Positions 1-8,644 of a DNA stretch of 64,000 bases are shown one piece after another; the first letter of the stretch is position 1, and the number at the start of each line of letters is the position of its first letter. Below the pieces are notes generated by a model that was not told the origin of the DNA, did no database searches, and saw only the letters and a program-made list of their open reading frames with translations. Location: the NCBI GenBank assembly GCA_038245295.1, contig JBBRSP010000014.1:1-64000 (forward strand), read 5' to 3'. The translations under genes were made by a program, and so were the position numbers. Origin of the DNA: Candidatus Binatia bacterium. GTDB lineage: Bacteria; Desulfobacterota; Binatia; HRBIN30.

Positions 1-87
1 GAGGACTATCTGTACCCTCAAAAATTCTTCCACCCGATCGAGCTATCGCATGCCCTTGAGGTGGCGGTGCGGCGGGCGGCGGGGTGA
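1..87 (+). CDS. 3' end of a small hypothetical cassette protein (..EDYLYP.. type), partial
   Basis: Frame 1 reads EDYLYPQKFFHPIELSHALEVAVRRAAG* and stops 11 bp before an attC site. Confidence 0.55.
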   Translation, partial: EDYLYPQKFFHPIELSHALEVAVRRAAG

Positions 88-98
88 CACCGTCCAAG

Positions 99-156
99 GC
101 CGAACAACAGCATGGTGCTGACGCGCATGGCGCGCGGCACAGGCTCAGCGTTAGGC
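99..156 (+). mobile_element. attC: attC site 1 (58 bp)
   Basis: R'' GCCGAAC ... R' GTTAGGC; internal inverted repeat AGCATG(G)TGC/GCACAGGCT with an extrahelical base. Confidence 0.8.
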
Positions 157-246
157 GCACCAGACACGCGAAGGGGGCGACAGACAAGAATGCGATGGTA
201 CGAAAGCCCCAGCCAATGACCCACCAACTACCAAGGGGTATCTGAC

Positions 247-1941
247 ATGCAGAAAGTGAAGACTGTTCTGCTCGCTTCCTGCGTTCTGGCCATCGCGGGC
301 TGTGCCGGGCTCGGCGCGGGGCCGGAACTCATCATCGACGGTGGCCCCATCCTGACCATGGAAGGCGACACGCCGACCTCTGTAGAGGCCGTGGCGGTCG
401 ACAAGGGGCAAATCGTCTATGCCGGCGACAAAGCCGGGGCCATGAAATTGAAGGGCACCGCAACTCGCCTCAAGGACCTTGGCGGGCAAACGATGATGCC
501 CGGCTTCATTGATGGGCATGCGCACTTCATGCAGCTCGGCGCGCAGGCGGTCGGGGCCAATCTGCTTCCTTCGCCCGACGGCAAGGCGGACACCATCGAT
601 GCGCTGGTCGACGAGCTCAAGGTTTTTGCCAAATCGCCCGACGTCGCGCAGACGGGCTGGATCTACGGCATGGGCTACGACGATTCCGTGCTGGGCCGTC
701 ATCCGACCAAGGCCGACCTGGACCGCGTCTCGACGACGGTGCCGGTTGCCATCATCCATATCTCCGGACACTTCAGCGTGATGAACAGCGTTGGCCTGGC
801 CAAGGCCGGGATCACCGCCGCGAGCAAGGACCCTGTTGGTGGCACGATCGGGCGGATGCCCGGCAGCAGCGAGCCCGAAGGTTATCTGGCGGAAACAGCA
901 CATTTCGCAGCGGCGTTGCCCGCCCTTACCCCGACCAGTCCGGCAGGTAGGGACTACTTCGTCAAGCGTGCGTTGGAATTGGCCAAGAGCTTCGGCCAGA
1001 CAACGGTGAACGAGGGCCGGGTGTTTGATGCGGCGACGGCCAAGTACATGGAGAGCCTGGCGGAACGCGGCATGTTCGACATTGATGTGATCGGCTTTGC
1101 CGATTACACCGATACCAGCGAGCTTGCAGTTTGGGGACAAGAGTATCGCTCGCGGCTGCGCTTCGCCGGCAGCAAGATCACGCTCGACGGCTCGCCGCAG
1201 GGTCGCACGGCGTGGCGCACCACGCCCTATTTGATCCCGCCTGACGGGTCGCCAGCCAACTACAAGGGCATCCCATCCATCCCGGATACCGCGATCGTCG
1301 CGGCGCAGATCGCCGAAGCCTATGACAACAACTGGCAGATCAAGGTCCACGCCAATGGCGATGCGGCCATTGACCAGATGCTTGAAGCTGTCAGCCAGGT
1401 TACTGCAACACGGGGCGTGAAGCCCGGCCAGGTCATCCTGGTCCACGGCCAGTTCCTGCGTCCTGACCAGATCCCGCGCCTGAAGGAACTCGGTATCTTC
1501 CCGTCGATGTTCCCGATGCACACCTTCTACTGGGGTGACTGGTACGGAAAGATCATCGGCCCCGAGAAGGCGGCGCAGATTTCGCCGATGCGCTCGATTC
1601 TCGATGCCGGCATGATTGCCACCTCGCACACCGATGCGCCCGTGGCGCTGCCTAACCTGCTGCAGGTGGCTTGGGCGACGGACAACCGCACCACGCGCAG
1701 CGGCCAGGTTATCGGGCCGAACGAGCGGGTAACAGCCTATGAAGCGATGAAGATGATCACGATCTGGACTGCCCAGCAGTTCCGCGAGGGCGAGCAGAAA
1801 GGCTCGATCAAGGTAGGCAAGCTTGCCGATTTCGTCGTGCTGTCGGCCAACCCGTTGGCGATCGACCCCATGCAGATCAACAAGATCAATGTCATGGAAA
1901 CCATCAAGGACGGCCGCACCGTCTGGACCCGGAAACAGTAA
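247..1941 (+). CDS. Amidohydrolase-3 family (YtcJ-like) metallohydrolase, predicted lipoprotein; gene cassette
   Basis: PGFIDGHAH, VHANGDAA, HTDAP and GSIKVGKLADFVVL motifs; lipobox-like IAGC; flanked by attC sites. Confidence 0.88.
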   Translation: MQKVKTVLLASCVLAIAGCAGLGAGPELIIDGGPILTMEGDTPTSVEAVAVDKGQIVYAGDKAGAMKLKGTATRLKDLGGQTMMPGFIDGHAHFMQLGAQAVGANLLPSPDGKADTIDALVDELKVFAKSPDVAQTGWIYGMGYDDSVLGRHPTKADLDRVSTTVPVAIIHISGHFSVMNSVGLAKAGITAASKDPVGGTIGRMPGSSEPEGYLAETAHFAAALPALTPTSPAGRDYFVKRALELAKSFGQTTVNEGRVFDAATAKYMESLAERGMFDIDVIGFADYTDTSELAVWGQEYRSRLRFAGSKITLDGSPQGRTAWRTTPYLIPPDGSPANYKGIPSIPDTAIVAAQIAEAYDNNWQIKVHANGDAAIDQMLEAVSQVTATRGVKPGQVILVHGQFLRPDQIPRLKELGIFPSMFPMHTFYWGDWYGKIIGPEKAAQISPMRSILDAGMIATSHTDAPVALPNLLQVAWATDNRTTRSGQVIGPNERVTAYEAMKMITIWTAQQFREGEQKGSIKVGKLADFVVLSANPLAIDPMQINKINVMETIKDGRTVWTRKQ

Positions 1942-2015
1942 CGTGCGGGGCTAGAACTTCGGTGTCCGCGGCCGCAGTCTCGCCTCAGCAGCCTGCATCC
2001 AAGTGTCGAAGGGGC

Positions 2016-2074
2016 GCCTACAACAGCATGCAGCTGACGGCGCTTCGCGCCGCCGCTGATGCTGGGCGTTCGGT
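2016..2074 (+). mobile_element. attC: attC site 2 (R'' lacks one A)
   Basis: GCCTA-C ... CAGCAT(G)CAGC ... GCTGATGCTG ... GTTCGGT; perfect L''/L' pairing with an extrahelical G. Confidence 0.8.
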
Positions 2075-2154
2075 TTGCAGATCATAACGACTTAAGCACC
2101 GCGACCGGTGGAAACACGGTCGCAATTTTCGGTAGCGTGGTCGTCGGCTTCGCC

Positions 2155-2292
2155 GTGAAGACGACACAGTATTTCAAGCACATGCGACAGCGGGCGGATC
2201 GGGCTACGATCCGCGACGAGTCGATCCGTTACGTACTCGAACACGCGACGAAGACCGAGGTTCAGTCCGACGCATGCGACGTCCTAGGATGA
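2155..2292 (+). pseudogene. Truncated small toxin-like cassette gene (MKTTQYF..RADR..)
   Basis: GTG start; N-terminus resembles small TA-associated cassette proteins, and the frame ends early after EVQSD. Confidence 0.4.
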
Positions 2293-2311
2293 AACTTCGG
2301 AAGAGACGATC

Positions 2312-2410
2312 ATGCCGATTCTGTCCATCTTCTACGGTATCGTGGTGCGGATGTACTTCTTCGATGACAAACAGCACCATGAGGTCTTCAAGATCGACCC
2401 GTTGAAGTAG
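2312..2410 (+). pseudogene. DUF4160-family protein with an in-frame internal deletion (32 aa)
   Basis: MPILSIFYGIVVRMYFFDDKQHH joined directly to the family-type C-terminus FKIDPLK; directly upstream of a DUF2442 gene. Confidence 0.7.
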
Positions 2411-2418
2411 GAGGCCCC

Positions 2419-2703
2419 GTGAATCCACACGTCAAATCTGTCCGCCCGTTGGAAGGCTACGAACTGGAGGTGTCGTTCGACAACGGCGAGTCCCGTCGTT
2501 TCGACGTCAAGCCGTACCTCGATCGCGGTGTCTTCGTTCGCCTCCGCGACTATGATGCGTTTCGAGCCGTCCGAGTTGTTGCTGGGTCCGTGGAGCGGGC
2601 CAACGGTCCCGACGTGAGTCACGACACCCTCTACATCGAAGGCCACCCGATGCAGACAACGGAGCGGAAAGCCGAACAGAACAATCCAGCGGACGCGCGC
2701 TAA
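2419..2703 (+). CDS. DUF2442-family protein (putative antitoxin partner of DUF4160)
   Basis: VKSVRPLEGYELEVSFDNGESRRFDVKPYL..F..LRD...F; GGAGG RBS; usual EW-NG-D motif reads ERANGPD; ORF runs into attC 3. Confidence 0.75.
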   Translation: MNPHVKSVRPLEGYELEVSFDNGESRRFDVKPYLDRGVFVRLRDYDAFRAVRVVAGSVERANGPDVSHDTLYIEGHPMQTTERKAEQNNPADAR

Positions 2704-2735
2704 AGACCGCGCGCCGCTGACCGCCAGCGTTCGGC
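2671..2735 (+). mobile_element. attC: attC site 3 (65 bp)
   Basis: GCCGAAC ... T(C)CAGCGG(A)CGCGCG ... CGCGCGCCGCTGA ... GTTCGGC. Confidence 0.78.
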
Positions 2736-2769
2736 TTGTGCCCACCGTGAGAGCGCGAGTGCAGATATA

Positions 2770-2876
2770 TTGCCACAGATGAATGGGATGAACACAGATG
2801 GCTTGTAAACAGCCATCGACCGCATCGCAGGCCCGACGGGCCTGCATCTGGGTGCATCCCTGTCCATCCGTGGCAA
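2770..2876. repeat. Long imperfect inverted repeat enclosing two inner hairpins (REP-like element)
   Basis: TTGCCACAGATGAATGGGATGAACACAGATG pairs with CATCTGGGTGCATCCCTGTCCATCCGTGGCAA; inner stems GATGGCT/AGCCATC and GCAGGCCCG/CGGGCCTGC. Confidence 0.75.
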
Positions 2877-2986
2877 AGAGCGGCTGGTGGTGTGTAGGTC
2901 GCTCAATCTTCGCGCGCCGCGACGAATTCGAACGTAAGTAATACGAAGTTCACGAAGAGAGAATCGTCGAGGAGGTATCCTCTACC

Positions 2987-3690
2987 ATGACGACACCGAC
3001 AGCCCATTGCCAATCTCGACCAATACCGCATCGTGTGGCGTCATCGGCGCCGCAGGTAGTCTCGGCCAGGGAATACTAGGCGTGTGCCGAGCAGTAGGAG
3101 TGAGTTTCACTGCCATCGTCCGTTCTCGGCCGGAGCGAATAACCGACGTGCCGGGCGGATCTCGCGTTGCTGTTGTCCAGTCTCTCGGCGATCGTCCCGC
3201 CCTCATGGAGGCATTCGCCGGTGCAGATGCCGTTCTCACTGCACTGGGAGTTACGGCAACGACCCATGAGCACTCCGCCTTGCTCTCAGCGAATATGGCC
3301 GCGGTTGAGGAGTCAATGTTGGCTGCGGGCGTCGACCGCATCGTCATGATCAACACGTTGCTCACCTCACTACCAGGGCAACCTGCCAGTCGACTCATGC
3401 GCTTCTTCACGTGGATGCCCGGAACCATGGGCCGCGGAGCTCGTGAACAGCAAGCCGTAATAGATGGGCTCGGTAACGGGGCGTTGTCATCGCTTCGCTG
3501 GACCCTCGTCCGTGGCGGCCTGAACTCTGGCGGCAAGAACGAGCGCCCCGTGGCCTCGGCGAACTGGAACGGCGCGCTAAACTCCTAGTCACCCGTTTCG
3601 TATGAGGCGATTGGCCGATGGATGCTTGTGGAGGCGGCGGCTAATGAGTTCGTCCGCGCAGCACCGCTTGTGTCACGGCGTCGCACGTGA
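2987..3690 (+). pseudogene. NAD(P)H-binding (flavin-reductase-like Rossmann) protein with a frameshift and premature stop
   Basis: GGAGG RBS then ATG at 2987; one base missing near 3039 before VIGAAGSLG; in-frame TAG at 3586-3588 followed by a plausible C-terminus to TGA 3690. Confidence 0.7.
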
Positions 3691-3706
3691 CCACTGCCTA
3701 CGAGCG

Positions 3707-3728
3707 GTCTAACAACTGAGCGTTCGGC
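3707..3728 (+). mobile_element. attC: Collapsed attC remnant (R'' and R' boxes only)
   Basis: GTCTAAC-AACTGAGC-GTTCGGC, 16 bp after the pseudogene stop. Confidence 0.5.
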
Positions 3729-3807
3729 GGGTCGCGTCACAGCTTCCGAGGTTCTTGCTCGGCTACATGTTCATCCGCGGATGAAGCGCTGTTCTCCGCG
3801 GCCAAAG

Positions 3808-3916
3808 GCTGAACAGGCGGTTGCATCCGCCGGCGGGGACGGGCTCGTTCGATCACCCGTGCTTCGAGTGGAACTTAGTGGAAGTGCGTCGCCGCGCCTG
3901 AGCCGCGGCGTCCGGC
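3808..3916 (+). mobile_element. attC: Degenerate long attC site (109 bp)
   Basis: GCTGAAC ... GCGGTT(G)CA ... TGAGCCGC ... GTCCGGC (GTT core mutated to GTC). Confidence 0.55.
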
Positions 3917-3991
3917 TTGAGTTCGCGAGCGGTCGACGAGCAGTTGCGGCTCGCGTTCGGAATTGTGTACGGTCACCGCGGCATTCACGGT

Positions 3992-5053
3992 ATGACATCC
4001 TTCGATCGATGGCCCGAGTTGGCGCGCAACGTAATCGGCGAACCAGAGCTGACAGCTCCCGAGGTCGCGGCGCAGGCCGGCGTCGACCTTGAACAGGCGC
4101 GCCGGCTCTGGCGCGCCCTTGGTTTTCCGCCACTCGCCGATGATCAGCGCGTCTTTACAAAGGCGGACGTGGCGACGCTGCAGGCGGTCGAGCAGTTGGT
4201 TGCCATGCGCGGCACCGACCCGAGTATTGTCCTGCAGCAGACCCGCGTCATGGGTCAGTCCCTGGCGCGTGTTGCCGAGGCGCAGGTGCGCTCCAATACG
4301 GCGATCCTTGAAGCGCTGCAGTCGGCCGTCGCCCCGGATGACGCGACGATCGCTCGCATCGTTCCTCTGCTGACCACCCTCGAGCCGATTCTCGTGCACA
4401 TCTGGCGCCGTCATCTGCTCGCCTCTCTGCTGCGGGTCGGTGTAAGCAATGAGGCAGACTCGCTCACCGCGCCAACCCTCGTCGTCGGCTTTGCCGATCT
4501 GGTCGGCTTCACGGCGATCAGCCAGCAACTCAGCGAGGGTGAGCTGGCGACGATGGTCGATCGCTTCGAGGCTCTCGCCTACGAGCACATCCCCGAACGC
4601 GGCGGCCGGGTCATCAAGATGATCGGTGATGAGGTGATGTTCTGCGTCGAGGATCCGCGCATCGCCGCCGAGATCGCTCTGGCGCTCGTCGCTGCCTATG
4701 CGGGAGACGATACGTTGCCGGAGGTGCGAGTTGGTTTGGCGCTTGGGCCGACCTTGACGTGGGCGGGAGATCTGTTCGGACCAACGGTGAATCTGGCAAG
4801 TCGATTGGTCAACATTGCACGCCCCGGGACAGTGTTGGCGTCCGAGTCTTTGGGACAGGTACTCCAGACGCAGGGTATCCAAGGAGATCCCGGCGTTCAC
4901 CCGGATGACGATACGGGTCAGACCTTTGAACTGCGACATCTGCGCCGCTTGGAGTTGAAGGGGATCGGCGCGGTGCGCTCGTGGGTCGTGCGAACCGCCG
5001 CCAGCCCAGATGCCGCCTCCGCGAAGTCGAGCCGTCGGCGCCGGCGCGAATGA
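3992..5053 (+). CDS. Class III adenylate cyclase with N-terminal regulatory domain (Rv1264/Rv2212-like architecture)
   Basis: FADLVGFT, VIKMIGDEVM and DLFGPTVNLASRL catalytic motifs intact; N-terminal LWRALGF motif; ATG 3992 preferred over TTG 3917. Confidence 0.88.
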   Translation: MTSFDRWPELARNVIGEPELTAPEVAAQAGVDLEQARRLWRALGFPPLADDQRVFTKADVATLQAVEQLVAMRGTDPSIVLQQTRVMGQSLARVAEAQVRSNTAILEALQSAVAPDDATIARIVPLLTTLEPILVHIWRRHLLASLLRVGVSNEADSLTAPTLVVGFADLVGFTAISQQLSEGELATMVDRFEALAYEHIPERGGRVIKMIGDEVMFCVEDPRIAAEIALALVAAYAGDDTLPEVRVGLALGPTLTWAGDLFGPTVNLASRLVNIARPGTVLASESLGQVLQTQGIQGDPGVHPDDDTGQTFELRHLRRLELKGIGAVRSWVVRTAASPDAASAKSSRRRRRE

Positions 5054-5104
5054 TTTGACCGAGCCGCGGCATCGGCTAGAGAGGGCGGCACTGGAGATTT
5101 GAGC

Positions 5105-6259
5105 ATGTACACACCCGGTGAAGACGTTTACGGCAGCCCCGAGCACCTCGCCTTCCGCGACACCTGTCACAAATTCATCCAATCGGAGATCGCGCCGCGG
5201 GCGCGCGAGTTCGACGAGATGGGCCGTTTCGACAAGGCGATCTACAAGAAGATGGGCGACCTCGGCTTACTCGGGATCCGCTACGATCCCAAGTACGGCG
5301 GTCTCGGCCTCGACTATTCCTACCACGCGATCTTTCTCGAAGAGCTGGCGTTGTGCGACAACGCCGGCGTCTCGATGGGCATTTCGGTGCAGACCGACAT
5401 GGCCACGCCCGCCCTGCACCGCTTCGGCAGTGAGGATCTCAAGCAGAAGTACCTGGTGCCGGCGATCAAGGGAGAGATGGTCGCGGCCATCGGTGTCACC
5501 GAGCCAGGCGCCGGCTCCGACGTGGCACGGATCAAGACCCGTGCCGTGCGCGACGGCGACCATTGGGTGATCAACGGCTCCAAGATGTACATCACCAACG
5601 CCGCGACAGCAGACTGGATCTGCCTGCTGACGGTCACCGACCCCGACGCCGGCTACAACGGCTTCAGCCAGATCGTCGTGCCTACCGATTGCCCCGGCTT
5701 CAGTTACAAGCTGCTCGACAAGATCGGCAACATCGGCTCCGACACCGGCCTACTGTTCTTCGATGAGGTGCGCGTGCCCTACTCGAACACCATCGGCGAT
5801 CCCCAAAAGGGCTTCCAACAGCAGATGATGCAGTTCCAGGACGAACGCATGGTGCCGGTGGTGAGCGGCCCGGTCAGCTCCAGGCAACTGTGGGAGGTCA
5901 CTCTCAAGCACGCCCAGGAACGCATCGTGTTTGGCAAGCCGCTGTCAAAGATGCAGGTCATCTCGCATCGCTTCGTCGACATGCTGACGGAGATCACCGC
6001 CGCCCAGGAAATGTCGCTGCGCTGCATTCGATTGATGACCCGCGGCCTCGACGCGACCCTCGACATCTCGATGGCCAAGCTGTTCATCGCCAACGTCCAG
6101 CAACGCGTCGCGACCGAATGCGTGCAGATCTTCGGCGGCGCCGGCTACTGCTGGGAGAACCCGGCGGCGCGCGCTTTTGTCGACTCACGCTTGATCACCA
6201 TTGGCGGCGGCGCCGATGAGGTCATGAAGCAGATCGTCGCCAAGATGCTTGGCATCTAG
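5105..6259 (+). CDS. Acyl-CoA dehydrogenase (AtuD-like)
   Basis: AIGVTEPGAGSD, NGSKMYITN, QIFGGAGY and IGGGADEVM motifs; atu context. Confidence 0.92.
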   Translation: MYTPGEDVYGSPEHLAFRDTCHKFIQSEIAPRAREFDEMGRFDKAIYKKMGDLGLLGIRYDPKYGGLGLDYSYHAIFLEELALCDNAGVSMGISVQTDMATPALHRFGSEDLKQKYLVPAIKGEMVAAIGVTEPGAGSDVARIKTRAVRDGDHWVINGSKMYITNAATADWICLLTVTDPDAGYNGFSQIVVPTDCPGFSYKLLDKIGNIGSDTGLLFFDEVRVPYSNTIGDPQKGFQQQMMQFQDERMVPVVSGPVSSRQLWEVTLKHAQERIVFGKPLSKMQVISHRFVDMLTEITAAQEMSLRCIRLMTRGLDATLDISMAKLFIANVQQRVATECVQIFGGAGYCWENPAARAFVDSRLITIGGGADEVMKQIVAKMLGI

Positions 6260-6357
6260 CTGTGATGGCGCTCGGCACCTTGCGATCCACAATCGGAGCG
6301 CGACGCTCCGCCACGTCTACTGGGGCAGCCACGGTTGGGAACTAGGGAAGGCGGGGC

Positions 6358-7953
6358 ATGGCGATCCTTGAAACGAGAGTTGATCGGAAGTCGGAAGCCT
6401 ATCGCGTCAACTACGACGCCATGCTCGCCCAGGTGCGCCTTCTCGACGAGCAACTTGCTCTGGCGACGGCGGGCGGCGGCGCCAAGTACGTCGAACGGCA
6501 CCGGCAGCGGGGCAAGCTGCTGCCGCGGCAACGCATCGAACTGCTCCTCGATCGCGACAGTCCGTTTCTCGAGCTGTCACCACTCGCCGCGTGGGGCAGT
6601 GAGTATACGGTCGGGGCCGGCATCGTCACCGGCATCGGCGTCGTCAGTGGCGTCGAGTGCGTCATCATGGCCAATGACCCGACGGTCAAAGGCGGCGCCA
6701 TCAATCCCTACACACTCGACAAGAATCTGCGCGCCATGGAGATCTCGGCAAAGAATCGCCTGCCGATGATCAACCTCACCGAGTCGGCCGGCGCCGACTT
6801 GCCGATTCAATCGAAGATCTTTGTCCCCGGCGGTCGCTCTTTCAAAGAAATCACGCGGCGCTCGGCCGAGCGCATCCCGACGGTTTGTCTGGTGTTCGGC
6901 AGCTCGACGGCTGGCGGTGCGTATGTGCCGGGCATGTCGGACTATGCGGTGATGGTGAAGGGGGGCGCCAAGGTGTTTCTCGCCGGCCCACCGCTGGTGA
7001 AGATGGCGACCAACGAGGATACCGACGAGGAGTCGCTCGGTGGAGCCGAAATGCACAGTCGTGTATCGGGTGTCTCCGACTACCTCGCGGAAGACGAGCT
7101 CGACGCCATCCGCATCGGCCGTGAGATCGTTGCCCACCTGAACTGGCGTAAACTCGGCAGCGCCAAGATGCAGACGCCGGAAGAGCCGCGGTACGACCCA
7201 GACGAGCTACTCGGCATCGGCTCGATCGATGTGCGCAAACCGTTCGATGTGCGCGAAGTGATTGCCCGCATCGTCGATGGTTCGCGCTTCGAGGAGTTCA
7301 AGACCAACTACGGCACGACTCTTATTTGCGGCTGGGCTCACCTGCACGGCTACCCGCTCGGCATCATCGGCAACAACGGCATCTTGTTCTCCGATTCGTC
7401 CCAGAAGGCGGCGCAGTTCATCCAGTTATGCAACAAGATCGATGTGCCGATCCTCTTCTTGCAGAACATCACCGGCTACATGGTCGGCACGCAGTACGAG
7501 CAGGGCGGCATCATCAAGGACGGCGCCAAGATGATCAACGCGGTGTCGAACTCGACCGTCCCGATGTTCACCGTGATGATCGGCAGCTCCTACGGCGCCG
7601 GCAACTACGGCATGTGCGGCCGCGCCTATGATCCGCGCTTTCTGTTCACGTGGCCAAACCATCGCATTGCCGTCATGGGCCCGGAGCAACTGGCCGGCGT
7701 AATGTCGATCGTGCGTCGGCAGGCCGCCGAGCGCGCCGGACAGGTGTACGACGAAGAGCAGGATGCCGCCATTCGTCAGATGGTCATCGGCCAGATCGAA
7801 CAGGAGTCAAATGCCTTCTTCGCCACGGCGCGCGTCTGGGATGACGGCATCCTGGATCCACGCGACACACGCAGCGCTCTCGGCATGGCGATCAGTGCCT
7901 CCTTCAACGCGCCGGTACGCGGCGCCGATTCGTTTGGCGTCTTCCGAATGTGA
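6358..7953 (+). CDS. Acyl-CoA carboxylase carboxyltransferase subunit (AtuC/MccB-like)
   Basis: [25 protein letters not shown] and [16 protein letters not shown] motifs. Confidence 0.93.
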   Translation: MAILETRVDRKSEAYRVNYDAMLAQVRLLDEQLALATAGGGAKYVERHRQRGKLLPRQRIELLLDRDSPFLELSPLAAWGSEYTVGAGIVTGIGVVSGVECVIMANDPTVKGGAINPYTLDKNLRAMEISAKNRLPMINLTESAGADLPIQSKIFVPGGRSFKEITRRSAERIPTVCLVFGSSTAGGAYVPGMSDYAVMVKGGAKVFLAGPPLVKMATNEDTDEESLGGAEMHSRVSGVSDYLAEDELDAIRIGREIVAHLNWRKLGSAKMQTPEEPRYDPDELLGIGSIDVRKPFDVREVIARIVDGSRFEEFKTNYGTTLICGWAHLHGYPLGIIGNNGILFSDSSQKAAQFIQLCNKIDVPILFLQNITGYMVGTQYEQGGIIKDGAKMINAVSNSTVPMFTVMIGSSYGAGNYGMCGRAYDPRFLFTWPNHRIAVMGPEQLAGVMSIVRRQAAERAGQVYDEEQDAAIRQMVIGQIEQESNAFFATARVWDDGILDPRDTRSALGMAISASFNAPVRGADSFGVFRM

Positions 7954-7965
7954 GGCGGGGGTTGC

Positions 7966-8010
7966 TTGACCCGACCGGGCCGAATCAATAGGTTGGTCAA
8001 GCTTGACCAA
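7966..8010 (+). promoter_or_regulatory. Sigma70-like promoter overlapping an 18-bp palindromic operator
   Basis: TTGACC (7966)-17 bp-TAGGTT (7989); perfect palindrome TTGGTCAAGCTTGACCAA at 7993-8010, just upstream of the antitoxin. Confidence 0.65.
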
Positions 8011-8020
8011 GGGAAGGCAA

Positions 8021-8269
8021 ATGGACGAACGGATCGTCAACCTCTACAAGGCTAAATCGTCGCTCTCTGAATTGGTTGACCGCGCCGCGGCGGGCGAAGA
8101 GATCATCATCGCCAAGGCGGGAAAACCAATGGCCAAGCTGGTCCCACTCGAACCAAACAAGCAGACACGCACGCCCGGATTGTGGAAGGGTCGAGTCATC
8201 ATCGGCAAACACTTTGATGCGCCATTACCACGGGCGCTTCAACGCGCCTTCGCCGGGCACGCCAAGTAA
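8021..8269 (+). CDS. Phd/YefM-family antitoxin
   Basis: VNLYKAKSSLSELVDRAAAGEEIIIAKAGKPMAKLVP. Confidence 0.9.
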   Translation: MDERIVNLYKAKSSLSELVDRAAAGEEIIIAKAGKPMAKLVPLEPNKQTRTPGLWKGRVIIGKHFDAPLPRALQRAFAGHAK

Positions 8270-8644
8270 ATGAGACTATTGTTGGACACCCACGTGCTGC
8301 TTTGGTGGCTCGCTTCCGGTTCGGCGATTACCAAGTCGGCCCGCTCGGCGATCCGCACCGCCGATGTCGTATTCGTCAGTGCGGCCTCGGCGTGGGAAGC
8401 CTCCATCAAGGCAGCGTTAGGTCGGTTGCGCCTCCCTGAACCCGTATCCGACGCGGTGACGAAGTGTAGCTTCCAGAAGCTGCCCATCTCCTTCGCCCAC
8501 GCGGAGGCAGCAGCGGCCCTGCCGCTCCACCATCAGGACCCCTTCGATCGAGTATTGATCGCACAGGCGCGCCTGGAGAATCTCGTCCTGGTAACCCACG
8601 ACCGGCAACTCAACGCCTACGATGTCGAGATACTATGGACCTGA
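8270..8644 (+). CDS. vapC: VapC-family PIN-domain toxin
   Basis: MRLLLDTHVLLW, SAASAWE and HQDPFDRVLIAQA motifs. Confidence 0.92.
   Translation: MRLLLDTHVLLWWLASGSAITKSARSAIRTADVVFVSAASAWEASIKAALGRLRLPEPVSDAVTKCSFQKLPISFAHAEAAAALPLHHQDPFDRVLIAQARLENLVLVTHDRQLNAYDVEILWT

Noticed and set aside
157..246. Riboswitch in the amidohydrolase leader
   Set aside because: Only a short GGGG/CCCC pairing; I could not match any known aptamer consensus.
3586..3588. Pyrrolysine or read-through at the in-frame TAG
   Set aside because: The same gene also has a frameshift and lies in a decaying array, so pseudogenisation is the simpler explanation.
99..3916. CRISPR array or terminators as an explanation for the repeated palindromes
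   Set aside because: The units are non-identical, spaced by gene-sized intervals, lack U-tracts and carry attC R/L boxes.
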